From Chlorokybus atmophyticus (taxonomy: Eukaryota > Plantae > Mesostigma and Chlorokybus algae), in contig RHPI01001037.1 of the NCBI GenBank assembly GCA_009103225.1, positions 62,001 to 126,000 of the forward strand: a stretch of DNA of 64,000 nucleotides, given 5' to 3'. Below the pieces are notes generated by a model. The model was not told the origin of the DNA. It saw nothing but the letters and a program-made list of their open reading frames with translations, and searched no databases. This document shows, in pieces, positions 1-13,518 of this stretch; the stretch's first letter is position 1, and the number at the start of each line of letters is the position of its first letter. Both the position numbers and the translations under genes were made by a program.

Positions 1-3000
1 TCACTGGTTCTGGTCTCATTTGGTTTTGTGTGAAATGTCGAATCATAGCGAGAACAAGGTACGAGAGTGACAAGATAGTGTGGCAGCAAGTTTGTGCACA
101 CACCGCGTTGCGCATAGATGCTTCGTAATAAAATTCTGGTTGTTACTGACGTACGTGGTTGTGTTAGGTGCTATGTGCAGGCCTTTTGCACAAACCTGTA
201 CGAGCCGCATGCTTTGCTTGTATGTGCTTGTGTGCTCATCGCGCTTTCCACGCATTCCATTTCGACAAATCGGCAAATGAAAGATTCAACCGAAGTTATG
301 CACTTGATTATGCTCGGTTTGCGATTGAGCATGTGTTTTTGTCAGCAAACGTGCGTATGTAGTTCAATAACAAATGGACTGCCGTATGAGGAAAGGTTGG
401 GTGGGTTAAACGCAGAGATGCATAGGGCAAACGAAGCAGGCACAACAAGCAAAGGCAATTGCATCTACACCCGGGGCCACCTACTCGATACTTTAATTGC
501 TGTGCAATGCTATTGCACACTACCATTGGCAATGGTAGTGGGGCAAGCTGTTGGCAGCAAATAGCAGTGGCTCAACCAACCAACTTAAAGATACAAGGCA
601 GGGAGTTAAGTCTGGGCTTGGGCGTTTGTAGGACGAAGATAGGAGTGGAGCTGTGCAAAGATCTAGACCCCTGCCCCCGGCCATCATCACGTAGTATGAT
701 AAGCATATGCTTGACGATTCATTGCTAGTAATTATGGTGTTGTATCTTAAGGCACACAATTGCATACTCCCTCAATCTGTATGTGTCACACAATGCAAAT
801 CGCTGCTACCACATCATGCGTTATGGGCCACAAATGTACAAAAGATGCAAGAGGAAGTTCGTATGCAAGCGTACGTGCACATGCAATGCCACAAACACCA
901 CACACCCACCACATTGACCACCGGGGCAAGGCCTCTACATGCTACCTATTGACTACCTAAAACTCTACCACTACTGCCCCCCTGTATATACACCGCACAT
1001 CACGCCACAGCCGTTTAACAACATACAGCCGCTGGCTCCCACGCTCAACTATGCACCGCAGTGGCCTCTATGTTGAGAGGCTGAGGTCATCAACATTCAA
1101 TCGGAGATTGATGTCACCGCTGTTGCTCCCCGTGTGATGATGACCATAGCATATGCTCGCTGCAAGGCTGTAATTGGTATTCTCCGACGACTCGTCGCAA
1201 TCTACCCGCCTCCACCGCCCGCACCGCCACGCCCACTTTATTTCCACACGCCGTCGTGCTGGTGTCTGACATCAACTTCGCATGACCAGGCTTCACTGCA
1301 ACCAAGTTTAGATAGAGGCCTGCTGTGCGACTTTCGTGTCCTTCTCAGATGAGCATAAAATCCAGCTGCCCGCGGCTCATGACGCAGACGTTTGTGATTA
1401 TAATAAACACATCGTTGCGCACCGCATCGTGCACGTGGGTGGTGATCCGCTCCCAGCAACAGGTGTGTACCCTTCGGTAGCAACGACGCTTCTTTCCAAC
1501 ATGTTAACACCGAACAACTCATGCAAGTTGTATGCATGATCACTAATTTCATATGGACCATGGCTAATTTGAGATTCAACCACCTGCACGATGTCGTGCC
1601 ATATCCCGTCGTTGCTTGATGACGTCGTCCATCAGCTTGTCATAGCTCTACAATGCTGCACCTTCTTCATCTTCACATGTTGTCGTAGCTTCCTCCGTAC
1701 ATGTATGCTAGCTCAGGAATCTCCTCCAGCTGCCCCACTAATGTACATACTCACACACATGATACGACACTCAACAAGCGCGCATCACAGCATATCCAGG
1801 CATGTGCACGCTCAAGGCAAGCACACAACCAAGGCAACGACCAACCAAGTCTTGAAGCCTCTACATGTAGCTGTATGCTCATAATAAAGCAAAGAACTTG
1901 CGCTCAACTAGCTGCAACACAAATCAAGAACACTTACATACCCTCCTACCACGCCTATACAACCGTTTTAACCACTTTAGCTGCCACAACTACCATACAA
2001 CTCTCAAATCAGACAACCAGCGATTTTCAGTCACATGTGAGTCCTACTAGCGTAATTGAGATACACCTCGATGTGCTGACCGTAACTCAGCTCTAACTCG
2101 TGAAACATGACCCAAAAAGCCTTCATAACCGATGCGTTGCGCCACCGACACGCACGCGCATGACAACGAAGGCGAGCTTGAGCACTAACAGTATTATGCA
2201 GGCCATTGACAAAACTCGAAATATGCCAATTTCGAACACAATCAACTAGCAGGCATCACGTTTTGTGATTGGACACGTTTACTGGAATAATGATTAAACG
2301 ACAGGGAGTCGTCGTCGCGGTTGCTCATGTGCATGTTGTTGACAACTTACAACGACCAACCAGCCCATGTCGCCAGGTACTCCATGCATGTACTGACTGC
2401 GATGGCTAACGAGGTGTTGATAGAGTAGGCGGTGAAGTTAGCTAGTGACAGAAGCCCAGTGGTCTACATGAGCGCTGTTTACTGCATGTGGACATGATGC
2501 TGGGGCTATTGCATGTGTTGTGCATGTGCATGCGTGTTGCGAATTTTTTGTACATTGTATATAATGCTTTTGTTGATGGTTGAATCATTGTAGGTACACA
2601 ATTGTCAATGAGTATGGTACTACAAAAATGTAATACACCAAGTGTCCACGCTTGGTAGCATACCCCTTCTGTACAATATACATTGTACGAACATGTATCA
2701 GTGCCTACATTTATGATAAAGATGAAAAGCAATATATAAGCGCACCAAACTGCATACTGATTAACGATTTCACCAGACACTCTGCCGTTTACCCAGTCGA
2801 GCATATCAATATAACTCGATGCTCCCTCTCTTTTCCGTATTGCCTGCTGCCACTGCTACACCTTTGCTATTGCCACCACACATGTTTGCATATTGCATTG
2901 AATGCCCCCGTGCAACGACCCCTAGCTTAGGTTAATTATAACCATATATACCGAAGCACAAGAGTCACTATTGCGTGTGCAGCTCGCTCGCACAATAACA

Positions 3001-3248
3001 TAAAGTGTAGTGCGGAGGTGCAACTGCGCACATGCAATGCGCGAGAGCCGAGTAGGAGGCTGTGCCTATGTGCCCTGCTATTGCTACTTACCATGTGCAC
3101 AGATATATGTACGGGAGCCAAAGTAATATCAATGTCTTTCCCTTCGTCACCATCAATCAACACCAATTGCACTACATGCATCTATTTGTACACCATATTA
3201 CAGTCCACTGCAGACAAATGTATACAAGAATACGCGTGACGACACAGC

Positions 3249-5449
3249 CTACATGGGATCGTAAAAATCCATGACGCACACTCCCCTTTCTCCAAACGCC
3301 CTCACGATGGCACTGAAGTCAGCTGCAAGCGCTCCAAGCAATCCAACAGTAGCGTTGCCCTGCACATATACAAATGTCAGTCAAACCTGGAATGCGATGT
3401 CAAGCTTCAACATGACGTGCAGACGCTGCTAGTAAGCCACACCTTCATGCGGTGTTTGCACTGCCAGTCGCTTCTGTCCCACAGCCGAACCATAGCGTGC
3501 CGGACGCTATCAATATCATCTTCGCTTAAGCTGACCAACCAATCTTTAGTAAGCGCCACAGACTTGATTCGACCCAAATCAATGGCTTGTAAGCTAAATG
3601 GTTGAATGCCTCCAGACCTGTGGGAGACAGTAACAGTTGATAGCAGAGTTCATGCAAAGTTCATGGCTTGGCGTTATGTCATACTGGGTGCCATGTCGTG
3701 CTAGCAAGTAACATATCATCAACCTTGGAAGCACTCGCAGCTGTGTGTCAGGGCTGTCGTGAGCGATGACAATGTGGTTTTCATCGACTGCAATGCTCAG
3801 TACAGGGTAAGGCTCAGCTGGCCGACTTAGGTGGCGCAATTTCCATGAACCAACTTCAAAAACCAACACGTCTCCAGTCCTACAACAGTGTTCAGTGTCT
3901 AAACCGTGTTCGTTGTTGAAGATGCAACCAACAACCGCAAGCCAGCACCAAGCACTCACCTGCAGCCAGCAACGACTATGTCTGGATCCATTGCAAGCGC
4001 TGTTACATCACTGTCTGCAAACATGTTCATCCCTGCTGATTGCTGCGCATGCATTGGTAAGGGTCAACATCAAGCAGCGCACAACCAGCACACTGCTGCC
4101 GCGAACTCGTCAAAAACTTAGTGAAATACCTGCATGGGCATCAGCACACGTGCTAACTGGCCGGTTGATGACTGCCATACACGCACGGTGCCGTCAATGC
4201 CCCCGGATGCCACATAATCTCCTGATGCAGCAAGCGCCTTCACCCAATCAGCATGGCCATGGAGAACCTGCAGACCAAGTATAAGTTCGATACTGTACCG
4301 GAAACCATTGCCAAGAAGCCATTGCACACTACACATGCATGCGCACCTGGACGCACTCCCACGTCTGTCGATCATACACGCGAACTGTGCGATCCGCGCC
4401 CCCGCTATACACATACCTGGGGCTAATGGCGACACTAATCACCTGCCAGTCACGGCAAAAAGGGGTTTGGTGGCCATAACAACATGGCCAGCTTCACTTG
4501 AGTGTTACCTGCCGATGTCATACCTGGCTCTCATGACCAGTCAGCACCTTCCGACAAGTCCAGTTGTTTCGATCCCAAATGCGCAGCGTGCCGTCCCAGG
4601 AAGCTGTCACTAGCAGCTCGTGATCCATGGCAACAGCCGACACACGCGCAGTGTGACCTTGGAGCACATGCACCGTGCACTTGGCTTTATGCCAGTTTGA
4701 ACTCGTGGTAAACCTGACGCACAGCACACACTGGCTGCTCAGCAAATGCAACCACAAAATCAACGATGCTAAACTATCACTGCCAGTTGACCATACCCGT
4801 TGATGACATTGAAACAACGTTAATGAACCAGTATGTGCAAATGGGCAGCTGATCGAACCTTGTGGATTCAGTAACTAGCGTTGAGCAAGTAGCTGACTGA
4901 ACAGAGTTTGCAATGAGGCACATGTCAAGGCGATTACCTTCTGGCATAAGTGGAGCGCCAACCATGGAAGGACGGACTTGTGTTGTGCAGATTCAGGTCG
5001 GCCGCACACAGCTGCTTCCACAGATTGTCACGAAGCGCCGCCTGCTTCCATCCCCTGCGAGCCAAACAGTACCACATTAAGGCATGTGCAGGATGGCTGT
5101 CTGGTTGCTCAATGCTCATTGCTCGCTTCAATGCGAAATTGTGAACCGGGCCAAGGTGCCAAACAGCAGTAGGAGCAGACATAATGCTTTCGTGCACGAA
5201 GCAAGCTTTCAATTTATCAATTGAAAGCTCTGCAATAATTGCGAGAGAATGCAATGATCGGAGCTGCTGTAATAAAAGCGTGAGCCCACTGAGCTGGGCA
5301 AGCAGGTGCAGTTGCTTTCTTCAAGAGACAAACTGACAACAGCAAGCAACGACGACGCACCTACAGGTGCTGGCGCAGAGCGCCGCAATGCGCCCGCCTC
5401 CCGCAGAGCACACGGCGTCCACACAGCCGTCCGGCAACGCCTCCCACAT
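3249..5449 (-). CDS. F-box/WD40-repeat protein (FBXW7-like), paralog A, multi-exon
   Basis: ATG at 5449 opens the F-box segment MWEALPDGCVDAVCSAGGGRIAALCASTCR, followed by a GT donor. Later exons give W..AALRDNLWKQLC and WD40 repeats (LQGHTARVSAVAMDHELLVTASWDGTLRIWD, LHGHADWVKALAASGDYVASGGIDGTVRVW). Ends GERGVCVMDFYDPM* at 3249. Confidence 0.88.
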
Positions 5450-5580
5450 CGTCCCCGACCACACCGCCGCCGCCGCCGCCACCAGGAGGGAAGATATTGC
5501 GGTACTTCCTGCTGCTGCTCAATTTGGCTTGAAAGCCCTAAAAGGCTAGTACACGCTGCTGCATTCTGGTTGTGCTGGTG

Positions 5581-7963
5581 ATGGAGGCGCAGAGCAGCGA
5601 GGTAGGCGGCGACGTCGGCGGCGGCGGTGGAGGCGTCTCCGCATGGGACGCCTTGCCCGGCTCCTGCATTGAGGCGGTGTGCGTCGCCGGAGGCGGGAGC
5701 CTCGCCGCCAAGTGCGCCCTGGTGTGCAGGTCCGTGCAGGTCCGTGCTTGCCTGCCTGCTTGCTTGTGATCTCCTTGATTGTGGCACAATTGTTAGCGCT
5801 CGAAAACACCGACTTGTAGGTCTGTCTCTGCTTCATCACAGCTTAAGCATGTGTTGATATCTGTTAGTTTATGCTTTCTTGGTGACGTACGTCACTGTTG
5901 TTTCTGTCGACTGTTTGACTTGTGCTTCGGCCTGTTTGCCTGCATTCACACAGCACAAAGCTACTGGTAAACCTGAATTGTGTTGCTTCTTGTGTAGACC
6001 ATGCATGCACTGCAACAGCTGTCCGGTATGTTGTTCGTCTGTCTGTCTGCAAGGGCAACATGTTTTACCAGCAACTGTAATTACCTGTTGCACTCGCAGA
6101 AGCTGGCACGATGCCGTCAACAGCGAGGGCTTGTGGGAAAAACTTGCAAAGAATGAGCTGCACTTATCCAAGCGCGCGCCGTGCGACTCTTGGCGTGAGG
6201 CTTATGTGCGGCGGGTGAGACATTATGCAACCCGTGGCATCAGTCAGTCGGGTGGTGTTGCAGCTGTTGCGCTCTGTGTTTTGCTGTCACTTTGATTTGA
6301 GTCTCCTAGGCAGCAACCAACTGATAGCGAGCTGCATGCGTGAGTGCATGCGAATACGCGGGTGTGCGGGTGAATTTGTCCGCGTGCATGCAGTTAAGCG
6401 CTGTCCAAATCCATCCGCTGACCTGAGTAAACTTTTGCAATGTTGTGCCTTGCGCAGATATGGACTGGGATCAACTGGCGTCGGGGGAAGGCTTTTGTTT
6501 CCAGCCTTGATGGTCATGCTGCGCGTGTGTCCAGCATCGCCATGGACGAAAAAATAATCCTAAGTGGTGTGTGGCTGAGTACTTTTGGTCCCGGTTTCCC
6601 ACATGCAATTGCTAACTGACACAACAGCTGTTGCTCTTCTGCAGGAAGCTGGGATGGTACGGCACGGGTGTGGGATCAGCGGTACTTGCATTGCACAAAT
6701 GTTCTTCAGGTATGTTCAGCCAGAACTCGCTGCCTGTGCTTATGCTCAGCCTGCACGCAGTCATATGCTTGAACATGGCAGGGTCATGGCGAGCAAGTGA
6801 CATGTGTCGCTCTCGGACCCGCTTTTGCGTTCACGGGCAGTGCGGACCACACCATCAGGGTGTGGGAGCGCGCCACATGGCGTTGCGTTCATGTTCTGCA
6901 TGGTCACACTGCTACGGTGCGGTGCATTGCCACAGCCGATGACTATGTCATCAGGTAATTCGTGATGTATTTCAGGCTTGGTCAAGTAGTCATCAGCACA
7001 ATTGTGGGATGTCATGTAATCATGTGTGGTCTGATGCAGCGGCGGGTCAGATAGCACTTTGCACGCTTGGCATGCTGCGACCGGCCGCCATGTGCGTCAA
7101 TTTGTACGCAGAGGAGATGGTGTTTGGCACATCCTTGCATTGGCCATGGACAGCACATGCATAGCAGGTATAACTGCGGCTTTTTGGACATGGTCTTGTG
7201 CAGAGCGCATATTGTCTGAACAGCAGTGCTGCTGCAACCATTGCACTGAAGTAGTCTCTCTTGAACAGCTGGCTGCGATTCGGGAGACGTGATTGTGTTT
7301 GGAGGCGAAGGTGTTCACAACGTACAAAGCTTGATCAGTTGTGAAGCCACCTTTGCGGGTGGCCATGCCGCTGCAGTGATCAGTGTGGCATTGGACGATC
7401 GCTTCATGGTGTCGGCAGCAGTAGATGAATCCATACTTGTGCGCGCGCGCGGGAATTGGCAGAGTCTGCGGATGCTCAGTCAGAATGTGAGCACGAGCGA
7501 GCTGCACATAATCATCTCGGCTTGTGTGGTGCTGTAAACATCAAGCGAGAGTTATACTTGCAGGTTGGGCCGGTGCGTGAGATCGGCTTGAGCTCTGACT
7601 GGATGGTGAGCGTCTCAAGCGACAATGTGATACGCATCTGGAGCAAAAAGACGTGGTTCCACATTACAGGTAATGTGATACATGCTTTTTACAGTGCACC
7701 CCATGCTGCTGCATGACGCACTCGCCATGTCATCTGTGCCGTGCGCTGCACACATCATTGGTGCGTGTTTTGCAACTGCTGTGCTATGCACAACTGCAGA
7801 TGTACAAGACATTGCGTCAGCGGATGTGATGAGTTGGTTGGTGAACATTCTTAGGTTTGGCAAGCCGGGCAACACTTTTGCTGGGGCCATGGTTGTGAAT
7901 GATGAGCTGGTTGCCAAAGCCGATGGCGACAAAGGCATAACGGTTCTGCAGTTTGCACCATAG
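5581..7963 (+). CDS. F-box/WD40-repeat protein (FBXW7-like), paralog B, multi-exon
   Basis: F-box segment AWDALPGSCIEAVCVAGGGSLAAKCALVCR with a GT donor, then SWHDAVNSEGLWEKL. WD40 pieces such as GHAAAVISVALDDRFMVSAAVDESILV and WMVSVSSDNVIRIWSK. Ends GDKGITVLQFAP* at 7963. Confidence 0.88.
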
Positions 7964-8672
7964 TTGCGTAGTTGTGCACCGTTCGGTAGTGCTTGCACTA
8001 GCGCCCGCTGACAACTCGTATAAGCAATTGTCCTACCTTGGCAAGCGGAAGGCTTGGCTTTGGCAAGCAGAGCCCGTAGCAAAAGCCATGGTCACGGGTG
8101 GGTGACACCCGTGACCATGGCTTTTGTGCTTGTTGTATAGTCTTCTTGGGTTGGTGACAGCTGAGAGTTGTGAATAAACATTCAGGCAATGAGTTGGTTC
8201 AGCTTAGTTCATTATTGTTCGCATCTCACAGTTTGCTGCGAAATGCACATGAAACGCTGGTCTACAATGCTGCAGAGGTGGTTTGAGGGGTACGTGTAGC
8301 CCGCACCGTTCATGCGACTCGTGGGCAACGACATACACAGAGGCATCAGGCGTGCAGTGGTGCTAGGCATCAAGCATGCACTGGTATTTCCTTTGAGGCT
8401 GAGTGTGCTCGCTGTGCTTGCCCATTTAGGCGCAGTACGCACTGTGCGCACTACACCACCGTAGCGCCAGGCAGTAGCTAACTGCCTGGCTTTGGATGCT
8501 TCAACAGCACGCAGTCAATGTCGTTAACTACTTGGTGCTAGCTGTAGCCCGGAGGTGAGTTGTATGATGAGTGTCGCGCGCATGTCAGCGTGATCAATAG
8601 CACACCGTGCATGCTGGGCTTTGTGGCATACCCCTTTGGTACAGTTGACTAGGTACGTTAGCTGTACAGCTA

Positions 8673-11600
8673 TCATGCATCGAGGAACACATCGGAGCAG
8701 CCAGGCTTGCGCAATGGTACGGTTGCCAGAGAAGCTTTGGATGAGCTGCACTTACACAAGTCATCTATGCAAGCGTACTGCAGGTATGGCGTTGGCAAGC
8801 CATAGCTCAGACCATAACGCCTCGTTATGCTTGTTGCTAACGGGGAGCAACAAGCATCATCACGCAATACCTGCGCATCCTCGCATGCACGCTCCGCGAA
8901 CGTGTTGTAGAGCCTGGTGTATGGCTTGAGGTTATTGCAGTGGTTGCATGCCAGGTAACCCTGCCGACCAGATCAAATATATGTGTAACAAACCCCGCTT
9001 CCCATGCACTATCCCCTGCGGGAACGCCGCCCTGCCATTAGTCATCACGCAATCGGTGAGAGTGGTGGTGGAGTGGAATGTGTGCGTATACATCATGCTG
9101 GTTGTTGGCTCACACACATTCACGCTGCTGCGCAAGATGGCGCGGACGACGTCACTGTCATGTTGAGGCTGCTGATTAGTGTAATGCCTTCCTGTGTGAG
9201 CGTCGCCGTGATGAATGTGACTCCCCAAGTGTTATATCGGCAATACCCTTTCTTGTTGGCCTGTTGCAAAAATCCTAACTAACACTGGTGTCACTTCTCT
9301 CGTAAGGGAAACAGTGCTGCAACTGTGCACACACAACAACATGCGCATGATCAGCACTCACCACATGGTCCGGACCGCAATCGATGGTCAGGTTGAAAGG
9401 GAAACAGCTGATTATATATGACATCAATTTGAGTAGGCTTTCCCACACTTGCTCTCACACTGCTTTCTGCAAAAGCACGCACTGAAAGACTCCCTCCGAT
9501 GCTGCATATCCAAGGAAATAAGCTTGATCACGACAACAAGTGTCTGTGACATCAACAATGACAACAACAAGAACAACAAGAACAGCAACATGCATGCGGG
9601 ACTGCGAGACTTACAAGTAGGGTGCGGATTGTGATGTTGTGGGAGCTTGAGACGGAGACGCCATTCTGCGTCAAGATTGCGGTGGCAATTCGCTCTTCAA
9701 GAGTATTGTATCGACAGGAGGATGTCTCATATTGGCTTGTGACCTATGCACACACGCGTGTGCACACTCAGCAACAACTTACGCATGGCCACACAGCAAC
9801 AAACACGCTTGCACATGCTTCAACGAAATCACCGCGTCTGCGCCGCAGTCAATAGGGAGGGTGTAAGGCAGGCAGGATACATACATCAACACGACATCGA
9901 CAAAAAAGTCTTCTCCTGTTGTGGCAAGAGACGTGCTAATCGTGATCAAGTTCATGATGGCGAGCTGCACTGCACTCACCGTGACAGTCACGTTGAGCGT
10001 GTGCACTTCGGTGGGAGGTGTGCGGTAGGTTGGGTTGCTGCTGGATTGCACACGTATTGGGTGAACGCCGGTAGTGAGAGGAACAACGCGAGTGTTGAGG
10101 GAAGGGCTCCCTGTGTAGTCGTATAAGGCACCATTGTCGTCAACGTCCCATGTGAGAACACCCTCCACGCGCCCGCACGCATTGACAGTGACGAGAGCTA
10201 CAAGCCGGACGTAGTTGCACGGGGAGATGCGGTACGGCCCTCCCAAGCTGCGCGCGCACTGCTAGCAGAACGCACACACACACACACACACACACGCACG
10301 CATGCAAGCACGCGCACATGCGGTTGAAGTGCACTGTGTTCGCACTCCCTGCAAAGTAGGTGTAATGGCAGAACAGCACTCACTAGAAGGGTTCAACCGT
10401 GATGTTGCGTGAGAAGGATGCTACGGCGCCAAACTGCCTGATAGTGGCGGTGATCGTCTTCTGGCCCGGGCCTGCTGTATTAACAGTATGCCGCCTCATT
10501 CGCCGCCCTGCAACAGCACGACAGTGAACACTGTGTTCACCTTGAACACAAAGAAGCAACCAACCAACACCCAACATGCAAACACTCCGGCTGTACGCAA
10601 GCACGTGCACGCACGCTGATGCAAGCGCGCTTCTCACCACACTGCCCGGACCGCAGTCTATAGAAGTCTGGTCAGGCGCACAAACGCTCTGGTACTCAAC
10701 ACAATCACTTGGGTGCACTCCGCAACGCTAGCCACCTCGTTGCCTCCTTCCCCGTACATGGATATGCCGCTGATGCCAAGTTGATGCCGAGTCGCGGCGT
10801 GGTAACATATATAGTGGTGCTCGCCACTTCACAAGGAGAGTTCGGGCAACCGCTGCCGCTGCTAGCACGAAGCCTTGTCCGAAGATTTGCAAGACTAAGA
10901 CCAACTTGACTTGAAAGTCAGCTGGGATGATGCAATATACATCCCCGTGAGCGTCGCCATACACGCCATCATTGTTCAAGTCCCACTCCAGCAGTCGCTC
11001 ACGGCCACATGCGTCCACGCTTGCAGAAGCCTTCAGCTCGGTGCCGCATAGAGGTGCGCGGTACGGCCCACCAATGCTGAGGGAGGCGCAGACAGAAGAG
11101 AACAAACACAACAGCCAGGCTGATGCCAAGGCTGCCGGTGGTGGTGTGGGAGAAGGGGGAGCCTTCCTTACTGCCTGAAAAGCAAGTGAAGCAGATGATT
11201 TGGAAGAGAGTTTCGTGTGCAGCTGCGCTGGTTGTGTGAGAGGAGCAGTGAAACAATGGCGAAGAGCACGGCTACGCAAAGCTGGAATGGCAGGCTCGCA
11301 TTGTCATGCATGCAGTCCTTATGACATGCTGTGACAGTGGAATGCAGTCATTGTGTCTCAGAGACACGATTATACACACTGATCTGCGTGCACACATGCA
11401 CAGAGCGCGGAGCAGCACAAGGCGCGAAAGGCGAGGCGCCGGCAGCAGCAGCGAGCAGTGCAGCAAGGGAGGGACCGTTGTGCAGCGACGTAGGAGAGAA
11501 AGCCAGGCACTGTCTACAAGAACTCACCAAGCCGGACGGCTCGACGACGGCGACGACAGTGGCAACCAGCTGCAGGCGCATCCCGCTACTGCTTAGAATC

Positions 11601-11956
11601 CAACAAGCTTGGACGTAGCTTCTCCGTTTCTTCCTCTCTGTTCTATAGGTTGCAAGAAGGTAGGTTAGACTACATAGACCTGCAATTATTCTGGCCTGCC
11701 TGATCTACCTGTACTGTACCACTACCTGGTACTGCCTTTTGCGCGCATGCGGCATGCACCAGTGACTTGTCCAAGCATGCAAGTGCAGTGTGCACGCTTT
11801 CGTTTCTCCGTGAGCGAGAGTGAAGGCAGCGAGAGTGATGGCCGTGGCTCTCTGTATGTAGGTGCGTGCGGCCACCGCACAAAGGCCTTCCGCTTCTTGT
11901 GCGGGATATTCCTTGTGCCGCGGCAGGAAGGTGCTCGATGCCATGACGCATGACAA
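8673..11956 (-). CDS. Putative surface/secreted protein with PKD/Ig-like repeats and a Cys-rich C-terminus; boundaries approximate
   Basis: GT-AG-bounded exons encode two GGPY...W-D-x-[ND]-[ND]-[DN]-G units (GGPYRAPLCG...WDLNNDGVYGDAHG; GGPYRISPC...WDVDDNGALYDYTG) and three IDCG motifs. The terminal exons read GYLACNHCNNLKPY...ACEDAQ|YACIDDLCKC...FLDA*. The 5' end is uncertain (11581-12074). Confidence 0.55.
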
Positions 11957-12478
11957 CTTCCGTTTGACTTGCTGCCACGCAGGCGAGGGGTGTACGCGGT
12001 AGCATCGGCGTCGGTGCGGGTGTTGGCGGCGGCGGCGTGAGGGTTGACAGGTACGTGCGAGGCTGTTGTGCCAAGTGTGAGCGGTTGTGTTGTGCTATGC
12101 GACTGATGGGGTTGCGTCTTTTTCCTACTTGTTAACGTGCTTGATATGCCGCGTGAGTGCCCGTTTAGGGTTAGCTGCTTAGGGTTGGGTCTGACGAGAT
12201 CCCACCGCTTTGACTTTGTCTTTCAAGTGATTTGCGGTTGAGTCCTAGTTGACGCAGAGGTGACCTTGCCTCTGAAGCTGTGTTGACAGTTTTGCTACAA
12301 GATATTCATAGAGCTGTGCAAACCAAGAACTCAGCTGTACGTTCTCCTTGAGTTTAATCGTTACTCAGAAGTAGCAAGCATATTCCATGTGGAGGCGACT
12401 CCCCACTTACCAGCGTGCATGTGTGCAGGCTCCCGTCTCTTGCCAGGTGTTTAGCGTGCTCCAGATCTAGAAAGCATC

Positions 12479-13518
12479 ATGCCGCGCAGTTCCAGCAGAT
12501 CAGGTACACCAGTCTTATATGGTTGTACTGCCTGACGTTCTTGTCCAAGTATGCAGCAAGTTGTGCTTGTGAGTATGTGAACCAGTCATTTGTGTCATGC
12601 AGCTCCCTCGCGCGCGCCTCCGCGGCGCGCGGCGACACCACCACCAAGCACACGCGCTGCCCCCCCGCCTGCACCCGCACACCATGGTGAGTTCGCCGCT
12701 TTGGCAGTAGCTTTTGCACCGACCAATCCGTCTATGCGAGCACGCCTGGATGCCATGAGCCCCATGTCTAGTATTTGTTGGTGTTGGTATCGTGCAGACT
12801 CGAGGCATGCTTGAACAATAGCAGTTGTTGTGGTGATGCCCTATGCCCTGTGACTGATTTAGTGTATTGCGACAGCTCCTCCCCCAGCTTACCCACAACA
12901 AGGCGGTGGCGGTGGTGGCATGTTTTCGGGCCTGATGGGCTCCGTTGCTACAGGTAGTTCTTCCATCCTTGCATGCCTTGAAGCTCGTTGCTACAAGCAC
13001 ATCCCATCACTAACTGCTGTGTACTTTGCAGGCATGGCCATGGGTACCGGCAGCGCCGTTGCTCATCGGGCTGTTGATGGTCTTATGGGCCCGCGCACTG
13101 TGTCAGTGGAGGCTCAACCTGCCGCTGCTGCCGGCTCTCCTCTTGCTGCGGCACCCGGTGCTGAAGCTTGCGGCAACCAGAACAAGGCATTCAATGATGT
13201 AAGTTGTGAGCTTGCAGTGCAGTCTTATGTCTCAGAATGTCAATAGTATAGCATGGAAGTGGGGCCCAGCCTGCAAGGCGTCTGATTTGACACTGTTGTG
13301 CAGTGTTTGGAGAACTACAACGACATCTCCAAGTGCCAGTTCTACTTTGACATGCTCCAGCAGTGCAAGAACGGTAAGTGGCTTGTTGCAAGTTGCTCTA
13401 TGGATCATTGGCTGTGTGGCTCGCCGATGCACGTGCAGGCTGGCAATATGTTGGAATAGTTTGGTGCGCTGATGAATTGTTGTCAGCAGGTATGCCACAG
13501 CAGCAGGCTCAGTTCTGA
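12479..13518 (+). CDS. CHCHD2: CHCHD2/CHCHD10/Mix17-family mitochondrial twin-CX9C protein
   Basis: The spliced product reads MPRSSSRS...GGGMFSGLMGSVATGMAMGTGSAVAHRAVDGLMG...CGNQNKAFNDCLENYNDISKCQFYFDMLQQCK. This has the diagnostic hydrophobic GxAxGxGSAVAHRAVD segment and a CHCH domain. All introns are GT-AG. Confidence 0.92.

Noticed and set aside
1-3200. Many short ORFs, plus a faint resemblance at about 1040-1190 (minus strand; RRIP...AYAM...GAT, G...LS) to Pif1/Helitron helicase motifs
   Set aside because: The match needs several assumed frameshifts, and no other helicase or Rep motifs or termini were found. It is left unassigned; a translated HMM search would decide.
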